Source: Patescibacteria group bacterium (GTDB lineage: Bacteria > Patescibacteriota > Saccharimonadia > Saccharimonadales > JAZKJC01). Taken from it: DNA of 64,000 nt. The stretch is taken from NCBI GenBank assembly GCA_040384565.1, contig JAZKJC010000008.1:18049-82048 (forward strand), written 5' to 3'. The position numbers and the translations under genes were made by a program. The notes under the pieces are model-generated. The model was not told the DNA's origin. It searched no databases and saw only the letters and a list, made by a program, of their open reading frames with translations. This document shows positions 38,193 to 47,632 of the stretch, piece after piece; positions within the stretch are counted from its first letter, which is position 1, and every line of letters starts with the position of its first letter.

Positions 38193-39218
38193 ATGCAACA
38201 GTATTTCCTCACCTATAGTTTATACTTTGTTGTAATGCCTCCCAGCTCAAATTCAGAAAATACACCTATATTGTTGCCTCCGGCCGATCAGTCTGGAAAG
38301 CACAGTCATCTTAAATATATTTTTCTTGCGCTTGCTTTTATTTGTGCGCCACTTTCGGTATCAATAAACCAGGCTGACATAGACTCAAATTCATTTTCCA
38401 CACTAGGATACGGACCATTTTCGGGGCTGATAAGAATATTGGGGGCTATTTTTGGAGGGATTTTTATATGGAAGCTGCTAAGAGAGAGTAAAGACAGCCC
38501 TCCCCCTCAAGCTGACAGGCTTACTAGAATACTCCTAAGCCTACTTACATTAGGAATCATTATTACGCCATTCATAATCTGCGATATTCAACCTATAGTC
38601 CGTGAGCGACAAGCCTTTAGAGATTATGAAAATACTTACGATACTATTATCGGTACCGGAACCAGACCAAAGGCACTGACTGAGTTTTATAATAATTTTC
38701 CTGCCGATGTATATATGCCCAAGTGGAAGACGGGTTCGGCTGTTAATAAGATGAGCGACAGGGCGGTAAAATACCATCTTGAGTATGCACCCTTGCAGCC
38801 TAATAATGACTATAAGGCTGGTGATGAAAGTCCGCTTAACAAACCAGAATACTTTATTGTCTATGTGACACATCCTGACAACGAGATTAAAAAATTTCTT
38901 AATCCACCCAGGAACTGTAGTATTGAAAATGCTATAAAATTGCTTCAAGGTACAGCAACTAGTAATACGCAAATGTATCCTTGTACTATTCTAGGGACTA
39001 ACTCTGTAGGGAGCCCTATCTACGGTGATACAGACTGGAAGTCTTTGAATGCTTTACCTGATAAGAAGTATGCTTTTACGATGTATGGTGAAGATAATAT
39101 TCATATTTTTGAACAATATGGTGATGCCGAGAATGTGTCTGGTGGTGAATTGAGTCAATTGCAAGCTTGGCAAGGAATCTACCGCAAATTTGACAACTAT
39201 GATTTTGATGCACGCTGA
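38193..39218 (+). CDS. hypothetical membrane protein (341 aa)
   Basis: Several hydrophobic segments at the N-terminus. Confidence 0.5.
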   Translation: MQQYFLTYSLYFVVMPPSSNSENTPILLPPADQSGKHSHLKYIFLALAFICAPLSVSINQADIDSNSFSTLGYGPFSGLIRILGAIFGGIFIWKLLRESKDSPPPQADRLTRILLSLLTLGIIITPFIICDIQPIVRERQAFRDYENTYDTIIGTGTRPKALTEFYNNFPADVYMPKWKTGSAVNKMSDRAVKYHLEYAPLQPNNDYKAGDESPLNKPEYFIVYVTHPDNEIKKFLNPPRNCSIENAIKLLQGTATSNTQMYPCTILGTNSVGSPIYGDTDWKSLNALPDKKYAFTMYGEDNIHIFEQYGDAENVSGGELSQLQAWQGIYRKFDNYDFDAR

Positions 39219-39524
39219 GTGAGGGCAGCTCTAACTTCGTCCAGTATGCGAAGCTCATTTGCTCGACAAACTCAGTAATTCCTTAACAGCGTCAAGACTA
39301 TGTACGTCGAAATCAATACTACTTGTTCGCAACTCGTCTGCTATCGTGAGCCCTGGATTTTCTCATATTTTTCTAAAAGAATTAGGCGGGGGGAAATTCC
39401 GGACAATAGAAATGAGCCAAGCCGTAATAGATGAAGTCAGAACTGTTAATTCAGTTCTGACTCTTTATATGGGCATGCTGGATTTGAAACCAACAATAGC
39501 ATCTGCATCTGTTATCATTATGTA

Positions 39525-40061
39525 ATGAGTAGCCCTAGAGTTATTTTATTAAATGGTTTTGCTGGCTCGGGTAAAAGTACTATTGCTCGAATGTATGTTG
39601 ATAATCATCCGCTTGCAATGGTTATCGAAGGTGACGAACTCATTGTCAATATTGGCGACTGGCTGGATCATGAAGATGAAGCTCGTGACCTTGTTTTTGC
39701 ACTAACGAAAGAAATGCTCAGAGCTTCATTAAGCCTGGGCCATGATGTTATTATTCCTTATCTTGCCACAAACGCAGAAGAAGTTGCAGAATTAGAGCAA
39801 ATTGCTACAAGTAGTAATTCACGATTTTATGAATTTTATTTAGCCACTCACAAAGACCACGCCGTTCAAAGACTGTTAAATCGTGGAGCTTGGGGCGAAG
39901 CCGGCTTGCCGCCACTCACAAGCGATGACACCCCAAGAATTACGCAGCTTTATGAACACATGGAGGCTGCATTGCCTAAGCGCCCCAATCAAACACATGT
40001 TCAAATCAAAGAAGGAAGTCCAGTTGATACATATCAAGAAGTGCTAAAGTCCATTCAGTAG
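39525..40061 (+). CDS. P-loop NTPase / predicted kinase (AAA_33-like), second copy in the window
   Basis: Walker A motif GFAGSGKST. Confidence 0.6.
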   Translation: MSSPRVILLNGFAGSGKSTIARMYVDNHPLAMVIEGDELIVNIGDWLDHEDEARDLVFALTKEMLRASLSLGHDVIIPYLATNAEEVAELEQIATSSNSRFYEFYLATHKDHAVQRLLNRGAWGEAGLPPLTSDDTPRITQLYEHMEAALPKRPNQTHVQIKEGSPVDTYQEVLKSIQ

Positions 40062-40081
40062 CTTAAGCATGCTAAATCTTG

Positions 40082-40130
40082 TTTTATAGCGGTTATAACT
40101 TCCTCTATTGTTGTGAGCCAGGCCAAGCAG
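40082..40130. repeat. copy 3 of the ~45-bp intergenic repeat family
   Basis: gttttatagcggttataacttcctctattgttgtgagccaggccaagcag. Confidence 0.8.
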
Positions 40131-40318
40131 AGTAAAGTTCAGGCCTGGTTCCTCTCCTCCTGGAGGGGCAAGCAGCCGAAAACTTGACCCGGTTCCGTGA
40201 CCGTTGTCCTTTCAATTTCTAGGCAAATTGTAGCCCTTAACAGGCTATTGACATCGCATTTGTTAAAGCATAAGCTTGAGAATGTAACTTAATATAAGGT
40301 AGTAAGGAAACAAGAAAT

Positions 40319-40918
40319 ATGCGCAAAAATACATTTAAGCACAGCTTGATTGCTGCTGTAGTGATGTTAACCATGTCTAGTGCGGTGCCAGTCTTGGCTG
40401 TGCCCCAACAGCCCGCACAAGCCCAAGAAGCACAACAAAATGCCCAAACACGCCAAGAAGCGGCTCAAACTAATGCCGAGGAACGGCGTGAAGCAGCCCA
40501 AACACGGCTGGCTGACGCCAAGCTAAAAGCTTGCCAGAACCGTGAAAAAGCGATCACTAATATAATGGCGCGGCTGGCTGATCGCGGTACTAAGCAACTT
40601 GACGTATTTACGAAGATTTCAGAACGAACCCAGGAATTCTACACGTCTAAGGGCAAAGTACTTAGTAACTACGACGCGCTCGTCGCGGAAGTAAATACCA
40701 AGAAAGCTGCTGCTGAAACAGCTGTCGACACAATCAAGAACACGAGCGTTGAGTTCGCATGTGATGGCGAAGATCCTAAAGGTGTTGTCTCTGCATTTAA
40801 AGAAAGCCTGAAAGCTGAAATTACGGCATTAAAAGATTACAAAACTGCCGTTAAAAACCTAATCGTAGGTGTTAAATCAGTCCAAGGCACAACATCGTCC
40901 GAAGGGAGCCAGCAATGA
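40319..40918 (+). CDS. hypothetical secreted protein (signal peptide, Q/A-rich)
   Basis: 199 aa. The N-terminus MRKNTFKHSLIAAVVMLTMSSAVPVLA looks like a signal peptide. Confidence 0.5.
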   Translation: MRKNTFKHSLIAAVVMLTMSSAVPVLAVPQQPAQAQEAQQNAQTRQEAAQTNAEERREAAQTRLADAKLKACQNREKAITNIMARLADRGTKQLDVFTKISERTQEFYTSKGKVLSNYDALVAEVNTKKAAAETAVDTIKNTSVEFACDGEDPKGVVSAFKESLKAEITALKDYKTAVKNLIVGVKSVQGTTSSEGSQQ

Positions 40919-41220
40919 AATTACGCACTAACCAATCAGGTTTTTCAGCTGTTGAGTTAATCATCATACTGGCTGTCGTGGCAGGTCTTGGTTTTGTAGG
41001 CTACACAGTGTACGACCGGCAACCAGATAAGAAAACGACTGACAACACCAGCCAGCAACCAAAGAATGAATCAGCCACCGCCACCGATGTAGGGTCAGCA
41101 CCGGAAATCAAATCTACCAGCGACCTAGACAAAGCCAGCGCCACGCTTGACCAAACCGACCCGGATGGCAGCAATAGTACGGACGCCAGTCAACTCGATA
41201 GCGAAGTGTCAACATTTTAG
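40915..41220 (+). CDS. type IV pilin-like protein (prepilin-type N-terminal cleavage/methylation motif)
   Basis: QSGFSAVELIIILAVVAGL resembles a class III signal (G/F cleavage, Glu at +5, hydrophobic helix). Confidence 0.6.
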   Translation: MKLRTNQSGFSAVELIIILAVVAGLGFVGYTVYDRQPDKKTTDNTSQQPKNESATATDVGSAPEIKSTSDLDKASATLDQTDPDGSNSTDASQLDSEVSTF

Positions 41221-41234
41221 CTCCCTAGCAAATT

Positions 41235-41978
41235 ATGGGGCCATCTAGTCCAGACAAACCAACTGAGCCTATTGTGGTTCAGCCCACACCAGCGGTTTAT
41301 ACTAGTGAACTATTCCAAAAAGATGTTGTCCCAGTGCTCCCAAGCCCCAAGCAAAATCTTTTTGCTCGTATCGGCAATAAGAAGTTACTCGTTGCTGGGC
41401 TAGCTTTAGGCATGCTCATTTTAATAAGTGGCATAGCCTACGCTCAATTGAGTAGGTCCGGCAGCAAACTGCCTACAGACCAGCCATTGACAGAAAATCA
41501 ATCCGAAGAGTCTGTGTCAAACACACAAAGTGGCGATTTACCTCAAGGTGCCTCCGAACAACAGACACCTTCAGACGGTAGCAGCTCAACACCGTCAAAT
41601 ACTACTACGCAATCTACTACCGGTACCTCCGGTGGTTCAAGTTCGGGAGGAACAGGATCAACAACACCACCCAGTTCAGGTAGCGGCAGTACCCAAACGG
41701 CCCCTAAAACATATGAAATTAGCTATACCGATAGCTGCTATAGTCCGGCAAATGTAACCATCAAGAAAAACGATACCGTAAGGTTCACCAATAACAACAC
41801 TAAAAATATGTGGCCAGCGTCTGATAACCATCCGTGGCACACCCTCTACTCTGGGTTTGATGCCAATAACAGCATAGCTCCAGGCGGTTCATACTCATTT
41901 ACGTTTACAAAGACGGGCTCTTGGGGTTATCACGATCACCAAAAATCAAGTTGCACGGGCACAATCACTGTTCAGTAA
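41235..41978 (+). CDS. hypothetical membrane-anchored S/T/G-rich protein with a small C-terminal beta-rich domain
   Basis: 247 aa with a TM helix and a low-complexity linker. Confidence 0.45.
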   Translation: MGPSSPDKPTEPIVVQPTPAVYTSELFQKDVVPVLPSPKQNLFARIGNKKLLVAGLALGMLILISGIAYAQLSRSGSKLPTDQPLTENQSEESVSNTQSGDLPQGASEQQTPSDGSSSTPSNTTTQSTTGTSGGSSSGGTGSTTPPSSGSGSTQTAPKTYEISYTDSCYSPANVTIKKNDTVRFTNNNTKNMWPASDNHPWHTLYSGFDANNSIAPGGSYSFTFTKTGSWGYHDHQKSSCTGTITVQ

Positions 41979-42125
41979 GCCAAGAGATCATTAACAGGAA
42001 TAGACCTTATGGCTATGCAACAGTCTTTTTCTTTAGTAAAGTCTTCTTAACAGAGGTGAAGTGGTTAGTGTCCTTTTCCTATTTATAAAAAGTAAAATCC
42101 GTGCACTTATTGCTACAATTGGTCT

Positions 42126-44111
42126 ATGCTTAAACTCAGAGACTTACTACCTTTTGTACTTTTAGTGGTTCTATTGCTTCCTGCCATTGCAAACTCACAG
42201 TCGGTCTACATAAAAGACGAAACCGCAGGTGTTCTAAACCAACCCACTTTACCATCAAAGACAGTGGTTTTAACTTTTGATGACGGACCATCAGAATACA
42301 CTCCTGAAGTATTGGAAATACTCAGAGAAAAACAAGTGAAAGCCACCTTTTTTGTAGTTGGCAGTCAGGCTGTACAGCATAAGTTACTTAAGCAGATTTA
42401 TGATGAAGGCCATGAAATCGGCAACCACACCTATACCCATCTTGATTTATCCAAGGCTCCCAATTGGCGTATGAAACTGGAGCTAAACATAACCCGCATT
42501 ATCATAACGTCCCAGACAAACCACTCTACTAGGTTATTCCGTCCGCCTTTGCTTGGGTCTGACGCGCTAACACCGGAAGCACGTTCAATAGTTAATAAAG
42601 CTGCGGACCTTGGCTATATAACGGTTGGTGAAACAATTGATTCAGAGGACTGGCGCAAACCTGGTACGCAAAAACTCATCGCCAATGCCACAGACGAAAG
42701 CGGTGGAATTATTCTGTTGCATGACGGTGGTGGTGACCGCAGCCAAACAGTCAAAACATTACCGGAAATCATAGATTACTACCAAAAACATGACTACAAA
42801 TTTATGACCATAAACCAAGCCCTTGGCATTTCCAGGCAGGATGTCATGCCTGCGCTATCAACAACTGATCGTCTGCTTGCCATACTTGCTAAAGTAGTTA
42901 TAACAGCTGTTTCCTGGATAGGTACCGGGCTGCGGTGGTTTATCATTATACTAATTGTTGCCAGTTTTGGACGATTTTTCATAGTTACCGTTGCCGCTTT
43001 GATTCAGTCTCGACGCAAGTTCAAGCTGGATACAACCGAGAATCTTCCATGCAGTATCTTAATACCGGCCTACAACGAGTCAGCGGTTATACAAAGCTGC
43101 CTTAAGTCCGTGCTTGCTAGCAACTACACTCGTTTTGAAGTTCTGGTAATTGATGATGGCTCTAAAGATAACACTTATGAGTTGGCAAATGAAGTCCAAG
43201 ATCCCCGTCTTCGTGTATTACGTAAAGAAAATGGCGGCAAAGCCTCGGCACTCAATTATGGCATTGCCGAGGCGAGGGCACCTTTTCTGATCGCCATTGA
43301 TGCTGATACTGTTTTTAGGACTCGTACAATAGCTAAACTGATGCGTCACTTTGCCAACCCTAGAGTGGGAGCGGTCTCCGGTAATACTAAAATTGTGAAT
43401 CGGCACAAACTGATCACCAAACTGCAGTCGTTAGAATACATTGTGGGGTTTAACCTAGACCGGCGCATGGGGGATCTGTTTGATTGTATTACGGTGGTTC
43501 CGGGGGCGGTTGGCGCATTCAGAAAATCGGCCATCAATAGAATAGGTGGTTTTACGTTTGATACGCTGGCAGAGGACACTGACCTTACTCTTTCAATCAA
43601 AGAAACTGGCTACAAAATAGTTTACGATGCTGAGGCGGTAGCATTGACTGAAGCACCAGCGACTATCCGGGACTTGCTGAAGCAACGCTTCCGCTGGACG
43701 TTCGGCACCATGCAAGCTATCTGGAAACATAAGCGATCGTTCCTTAATCCAAGACGTGGCAGCCTCGGCATGATCGGCTTGCCGTATCTCTTATTCTTCC
43801 AGATAATCTTTCCGCTGTTTAGCCCCTTGTTTGACCTAGCGCTTATAATCGGGCTTATAAACCATCATTATAAGCTAATGGTGGTCAGCTTTGTAGTCTA
43901 TACGGTAGTCGACATTCTTACGGCTGCGATAGCACTGCGGCTAGATAGTGAAAAACTTCGTAATCTCTGGATCCTTATTCCACAAAGGATTCTTTACAGA
44001 CAGCTTATGTACTACGTGATCGTACGCTCATTTATAAACGTACTGAGAGGCAGATTGGTACACTGGGGCAAACTGGAGCGCAAAGGCACTCACTTAGCTA
44101 AGAGCTTGTAG
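42126..44111 (+). CDS. bifunctional polysaccharide deacetylase (NodB/CE4) and processive family-2 glycosyltransferase
   Basis: N-terminal TFDDGP and HTYTH (NodB motifs). C-terminal GT2 with the DxD region and QRFRW (Q-x-x-R-W). Confidence 0.85.
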   Translation: MLKLRDLLPFVLLVVLLLPAIANSQSVYIKDETAGVLNQPTLPSKTVVLTFDDGPSEYTPEVLEILREKQVKATFFVVGSQAVQHKLLKQIYDEGHEIGNHTYTHLDLSKAPNWRMKLELNITRIIITSQTNHSTRLFRPPLLGSDALTPEARSIVNKAADLGYITVGETIDSEDWRKPGTQKLIANATDESGGIILLHDGGGDRSQTVKTLPEIIDYYQKHDYKFMTINQALGISRQDVMPALSTTDRLLAILAKVVITAVSWIGTGLRWFIIILIVASFGRFFIVTVAALIQSRRKFKLDTTENLPCSILIPAYNESAVIQSCLKSVLASNYTRFEVLVIDDGSKDNTYELANEVQDPRLRVLRKENGGKASALNYGIAEARAPFLIAIDADTVFRTRTIAKLMRHFANPRVGAVSGNTKIVNRHKLITKLQSLEYIVGFNLDRRMGDLFDCITVVPGAVGAFRKSAINRIGGFTFDTLAEDTDLTLSIKETGYKIVYDAEAVALTEAPATIRDLLKQRFRWTFGTMQAIWKHKRSFLNPRRGSLGMIGLPYLLFFQIIFPLFSPLFDLALIIGLINHHYKLMVVSFVVYTVVDILTAAIALRLDSEKLRNLWILIPQRILYRQLMYYVIVRSFINVLRGRLVHWGKLERKGTHLAKSL

Positions 44112-44544
44112 GCCGGTGAGCCCGACCGTAATCACTCTTGCCGGGTTGGTTGGTTAGACCTTGGTCAGATTTTGTGGGAGCTGTAGTTGTCGGTGTTGTC
44201 GTAGTGTTGGGCGTAGTTTCGCCTGTGGTAGATAGAGGATTAAAACTAGGCTGTGAAGCTTCAGACGGTGGCGGAGTACTGGGATTGGATAATTGAGATG
44301 ATCCGCCTGATGTCTGCCGCCTATCTGATAAGGATGTATTTGATGGCTGGGATGTTTGCACAGACTTAATCTGTGGCTCACCGGCGCCAAAAGTCTTCGG
44401 CAGATTGAAGCTACTCCAGTTTGGTAAGTATAGTAGCGCACCCACGCTTAGTAGAACTAAGGGTAGAGCTGCAGTAGAACCGAGCAGGCCAGTACCAAGC
44501 TTAATTTTGCGCCAACGCTTACCTGTTTCATCTAAGAAAACCAT
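44098..44544 (-). CDS. hypothetical S/T/P-rich membrane protein
   Basis: 148 aa with a TM helix and a low-complexity tail. Confidence 0.4.
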   Translation of the reverse strand: MVFLDETGKRWRKIKLGTGLLGSTAALPLVLLSVGALLYLPNWSSFNLPKTFGAGEPQIKSVQTSQPSNTSLSDRRQTSGGSSQLSNPSTPPPSEASQPSFNPLSTTGETTPNTTTTPTTTAPTKSDQGLTNQPGKSDYGRAHRPTSS

Positions 44545-44970
44545 AGTATAATTTTACAATATTACCTTTTTATTATTAACTAGGCCCACTGAACAGTAAT
44601 TATGCCCGTGCAGCCAGGTTTCAAGTGATCATTATACCCCCATGATGCTGGATGAGCAAACTTCTGTAGTGGTCCAATACACCGAGGACGGTTCTTGGGG
44701 AGTATTTTTGGCTTGCACTCGTCTGGTGTCAAGTACCAAGAGATTGGTGTAGCCGTTAACTGTGGTACTTGGTAAGCCCCTGGTCACCATGTCCTGCTGA
44801 TCTTTGAGGTCAATAGCACCATACCATTTTATGTCTCATTACCTTTCTTAAAGGTTCGAGACCCTTATGCGGAGCTATAGAACTAGAATAGACATTGCAC
44901 CTACAAAGGAGCACGCGCCTATGTATCCGTCACTGTAATTATAGTGTTTTGGATATGGTAAAATTACTTT

Positions 44971-45246
44971 ATGAGCTTGATACAAAATGACCTACGAGAA
45001 ATTCGCACTATAGTGCATTCTGTTGTGCAAGAAGTGGTTGAGCCTCTCATTACGCCTTTGTCAAATGAAATTCAGGTTCTCCGAAATGACATAAAAGAAA
45101 TATACGATATGCTCTCTGAACTTCAATCTACGAAAATTACAGATAAAGAATTCAAAAAACGATCACTAGAAGAAAAGTTACTGACACTGAATGCTGAACT
45201 TTTGGCCGCCGCCAAGCAAGCTGACATATCATTGCCCCGTAATTAA
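44971..45246 (+). CDS. hypothetical coiled-coil protein
   Basis: 91-aa ORF. Confidence 0.35.
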   Translation: MSLIQNDLREIRTIVHSVVQEVVEPLITPLSNEIQVLRNDIKEIYDMLSELQSTKITDKEFKKRSLEEKLLTLNAELLAAAKQADISLPRN

Positions 45247-45263
45247 GATGCTGACCTAAGCAA

Positions 45264-45545
45264 ATGCAAAATATAATTATGACCAGACATGGAATAGCAA
45301 CTGGTGTTGCGCATAAAGTACCAGCAGATTTACGCAAAGCTTTGCTGTCTGATGAGTCTGCCTTAGAAAGATGGGAGGACTTAACGCCTCTGGCGCGTAA
45401 TGAGTGGATCTGCTGGACTATAAACGTCAAGACAGATGAAACTAGGAAAAAACACGTAGATAGGGTTGTCACGGAGCTTTTGGAAGGCATGCGTCGGCCT
45501 TGTTGTTGGGTTGGCTGCATGCATCGTTCAAAAACAAAAAAGTAG
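45264..45545 (+). CDS. YdeI/OmpD-associated family (DUF1905-like) protein
   Basis: LTPLARNEWICWTINVKTDETRKKHVDRVVTELLEGMRRP matches the YdeI-family C-terminus. Confidence 0.5.
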   Translation: MQNIIMTRHGIATGVAHKVPADLRKALLSDESALERWEDLTPLARNEWICWTINVKTDETRKKHVDRVVTELLEGMRRPCCWVGCMHRSKTKK

Positions 45546-45568
45546 CTATTTGGGTATATACTGAAGCT

Positions 45569-45778
45569 ATGCAAAAACTAGCTACAAAAGTATTTATTAT
45601 CTCATCGATTTTATTTGGTATTTTGGGAATCTTAATGGTACTGACTGGAACAGACCCAGACGAGAACAGCACCGGCTTGACACTCGTCATTACCAAACTG
45701 TTTATGACAACTGTCTTCGTTATCTTAACTTCATTTGCTCTGAGTGTTGCGGGCAAATACTTAGACGGCAAAAAGTAG
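45569..45778 (+). CDS. small hypothetical membrane protein (start taken at the internal Met)
   Basis: Two hydrophobic helices. Confidence 0.3.
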   Translation: MQKLATKVFIISSILFGILGILMVLTGTDPDENSTGLTLVITKLFMTTVFVILTSFALSVAGKYLDGKK

Positions 45779-45805
45779 TTAATAAGTTTAAAGGGAGGTT
45801 ATGCT

Positions 45806-46264
45806 ATGAAGATAATTACACCTAATCTATGGTACGACGGCAATGCTAAAGAGGCTGTTGATTTCTACGTTTCAGTGTTCCCGGACAGTAAAGTGATCTC
45901 CACGATGTATTATCCAAACAGTGCCGAGGAAGGTTTGGCTGATTTTCAAAAAGACCTTGCTGGTAAGGTTTTAACAATTGAATTCGAACTGAGCGGCAAC
46001 CGTTTTGTTGCTATCAATGCCGGGCCGGAGTTTAAGTTCAATGAATCAGTATCGTTTTCTATCCCATGCGAAGACCAGGCGGAGATTGACTACTATTGGG
46101 AAAAGCTATCAAAAGTCCCAGAATCCGAGCAGTGCGGTTGGTGCAAAGACCAGTATGGATTGAGCTGGCAGGTAGTACCCAAAAACATGGAAGAGTTAAT
46201 GAAAAAACCGGGCGCTTATGCCAAAATGATGCAGATGCACAAAATTGTTATTGACGATTTCTAG
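45806..46264 (+). CDS. VOC-superfamily PhnB-like protein (3-demethylubiquinone-9 3-methyltransferase-like domain)
   Basis: MKIITPNLWYDGNAKEAVDFYVSVF is typical of the PhnB-like family. Confidence 0.7.
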   Translation: MKIITPNLWYDGNAKEAVDFYVSVFPDSKVISTMYYPNSAEEGLADFQKDLAGKVLTIEFELSGNRFVAINAGPEFKFNESVSFSIPCEDQAEIDYYWEKLSKVPESEQCGWCKDQYGLSWQVVPKNMEELMKKPGAYAKMMQMHKIVIDDF

Positions 46265-46656
46265 TAGCTTAATCTTTCTAAAACGCCACGGCGTTTGACG
46301 ATGTTTTTGTAGTCCCACTGGATTGTTTTGGACTTTTCTAGCCAACGCTTTAGGTCGTCAATGTTAACTTGATCAGGAGCGATGTAGCGGGCTTCGGCAG
46401 CTTTGAAGCTGCCTTCTGGTAGCAAACCGGCTTCGTCAAACGACTGGCCGCTCCAAAATAATAACCTTACGCAGTTTTTTAATACATCGTACCCGGCAAC
46501 CGGGTTGCCCTCTAAAAACCAAACAGGCGCGCCATGCCATATTTTACTTTCTGCTTCGGGCAAGTTGCTGTCAATTTCTTTTGCCAGCAACACACAAATA
46601 GCTTTTTCGGCTTTTGCCTGAGAATCGTTAAAAGTCTTAATATCTTTCTTCATCAT
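46261..46656 (-). CDS. DUF1801/YdhG-like domain protein (start taken at MMKKD)
   Basis: About 131 aa. Weak resemblance only. Confidence 0.4.
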   Translation of the reverse strand: MMKKDIKTFNDSQAKAEKAICVLLAKEIDSNLPEAESKIWHGAPVWFLEGNPVAGYDVLKNCVRLLFWSGQSFDEAGLLPEGSFKAAEARYIAPDQVNIDDLKRWLEKSKTIQWDYKNIVKRRGVLERLSY

Positions 46657-46695
46657 TATTAATAATACATTACTGACAAAGCACAACGCTAACAG

Positions 46696-47526
46696 TTGAG
46701 AAATACGTCCACTGCGAAGAAGCTAAGTTTTACTATATATCCTTTTGATGATATTCTATATTTAATGGCCCCTGTAGACGCTCAGTCCGCGCGACTTAAT
46801 AATTTCGGCGCTCTTGTGCAGAGCGCTTGGACTGATTTTGCCGAAAGTGAGCATAGATTCAGGCTATGTATTTCCACGATTGCCGCCTTAGGGACAATTG
46901 CGGTTAATGTTCCAAAGCTTCCTCTTGTGGGAGTACCTAACTTAGCCCTTGAGGCATTAGAGCATACGAATAGCCCCACCGTAACGGGTTTAATAACAGG
47001 AGCAATATTTGGAGCATGGACTTTAGGCGCGGCTAGCCTTGTTGACGCAGCTGGCAACCATTTCCCCAAGGTCAAACAAGTGGTAAGAGAGCGATTTTCG
47101 CGTGCTACAGATTTTTTGTCTAATACATTGCCGGGCTTCACATTCGAGGATGAGGACAGGCATGAACATAGAAGTCGAGCCAAACAACTGGGACATGGTG
47201 CCCTGACTCATATTAGACGTGGCCTGACAGTCTTAGGTATCGGCGCCGGGTTTTATGTAGGAACCGCTCAGATAGAGGAAAGGCCACGTCAAGAAATTCG
47301 TCGTTTACGGCGCTTAGCCGCTGGTGACGCGACCCTCATGATTGGTGGTTTATCTTGCGCGACTACCGCTATAGTCACAAAAATAACTGAGAAAGATCCG
47401 GCACTGGCTGAACGGATTCAAGATGGAGCAACTGATTCAAAAATACTGGTAGGTCTGGCGGTTAGCCTGCTGGTAAGTCAAGGGCTTAATAAGAGACGAC
47501 ACAAACGCCAACTCGGCCAGGTATAA
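46696..47526 (+). CDS. hypothetical membrane protein
   Basis: 276 aa with several TM segments. Confidence 0.45.
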   Translation: MRNTSTAKKLSFTIYPFDDILYLMAPVDAQSARLNNFGALVQSAWTDFAESEHRFRLCISTIAALGTIAVNVPKLPLVGVPNLALEALEHTNSPTVTGLITGAIFGAWTLGAASLVDAAGNHFPKVKQVVRERFSRATDFLSNTLPGFTFEDEDRHEHRSRAKQLGHGALTHIRRGLTVLGIGAGFYVGTAQIEERPRQEIRRLRRLAAGDATLMIGGLSCATTAIVTKITEKDPALAERIQDGATDSKILVGLAVSLLVSQGLNKRRHKRQLGQV

Positions 47527-47632
47527 AATCTTATAGCTATAAGTTTCCAAGCAATATTTCTGTGCGTAGAGAAGCTTAATTGCTAAATACTTGACAAAAT
47601 CTAACCAGTAAATTTAAAAGCCGGTATACTGT

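Noticed and set aside
37400-40150. CRISPR array suggested by repeated ~45-bp elements
   Set aside because: There are only three copies. They are 0.7-2 kb apart, separated by protein-coding genes, imperfect, and no cas genes are present.
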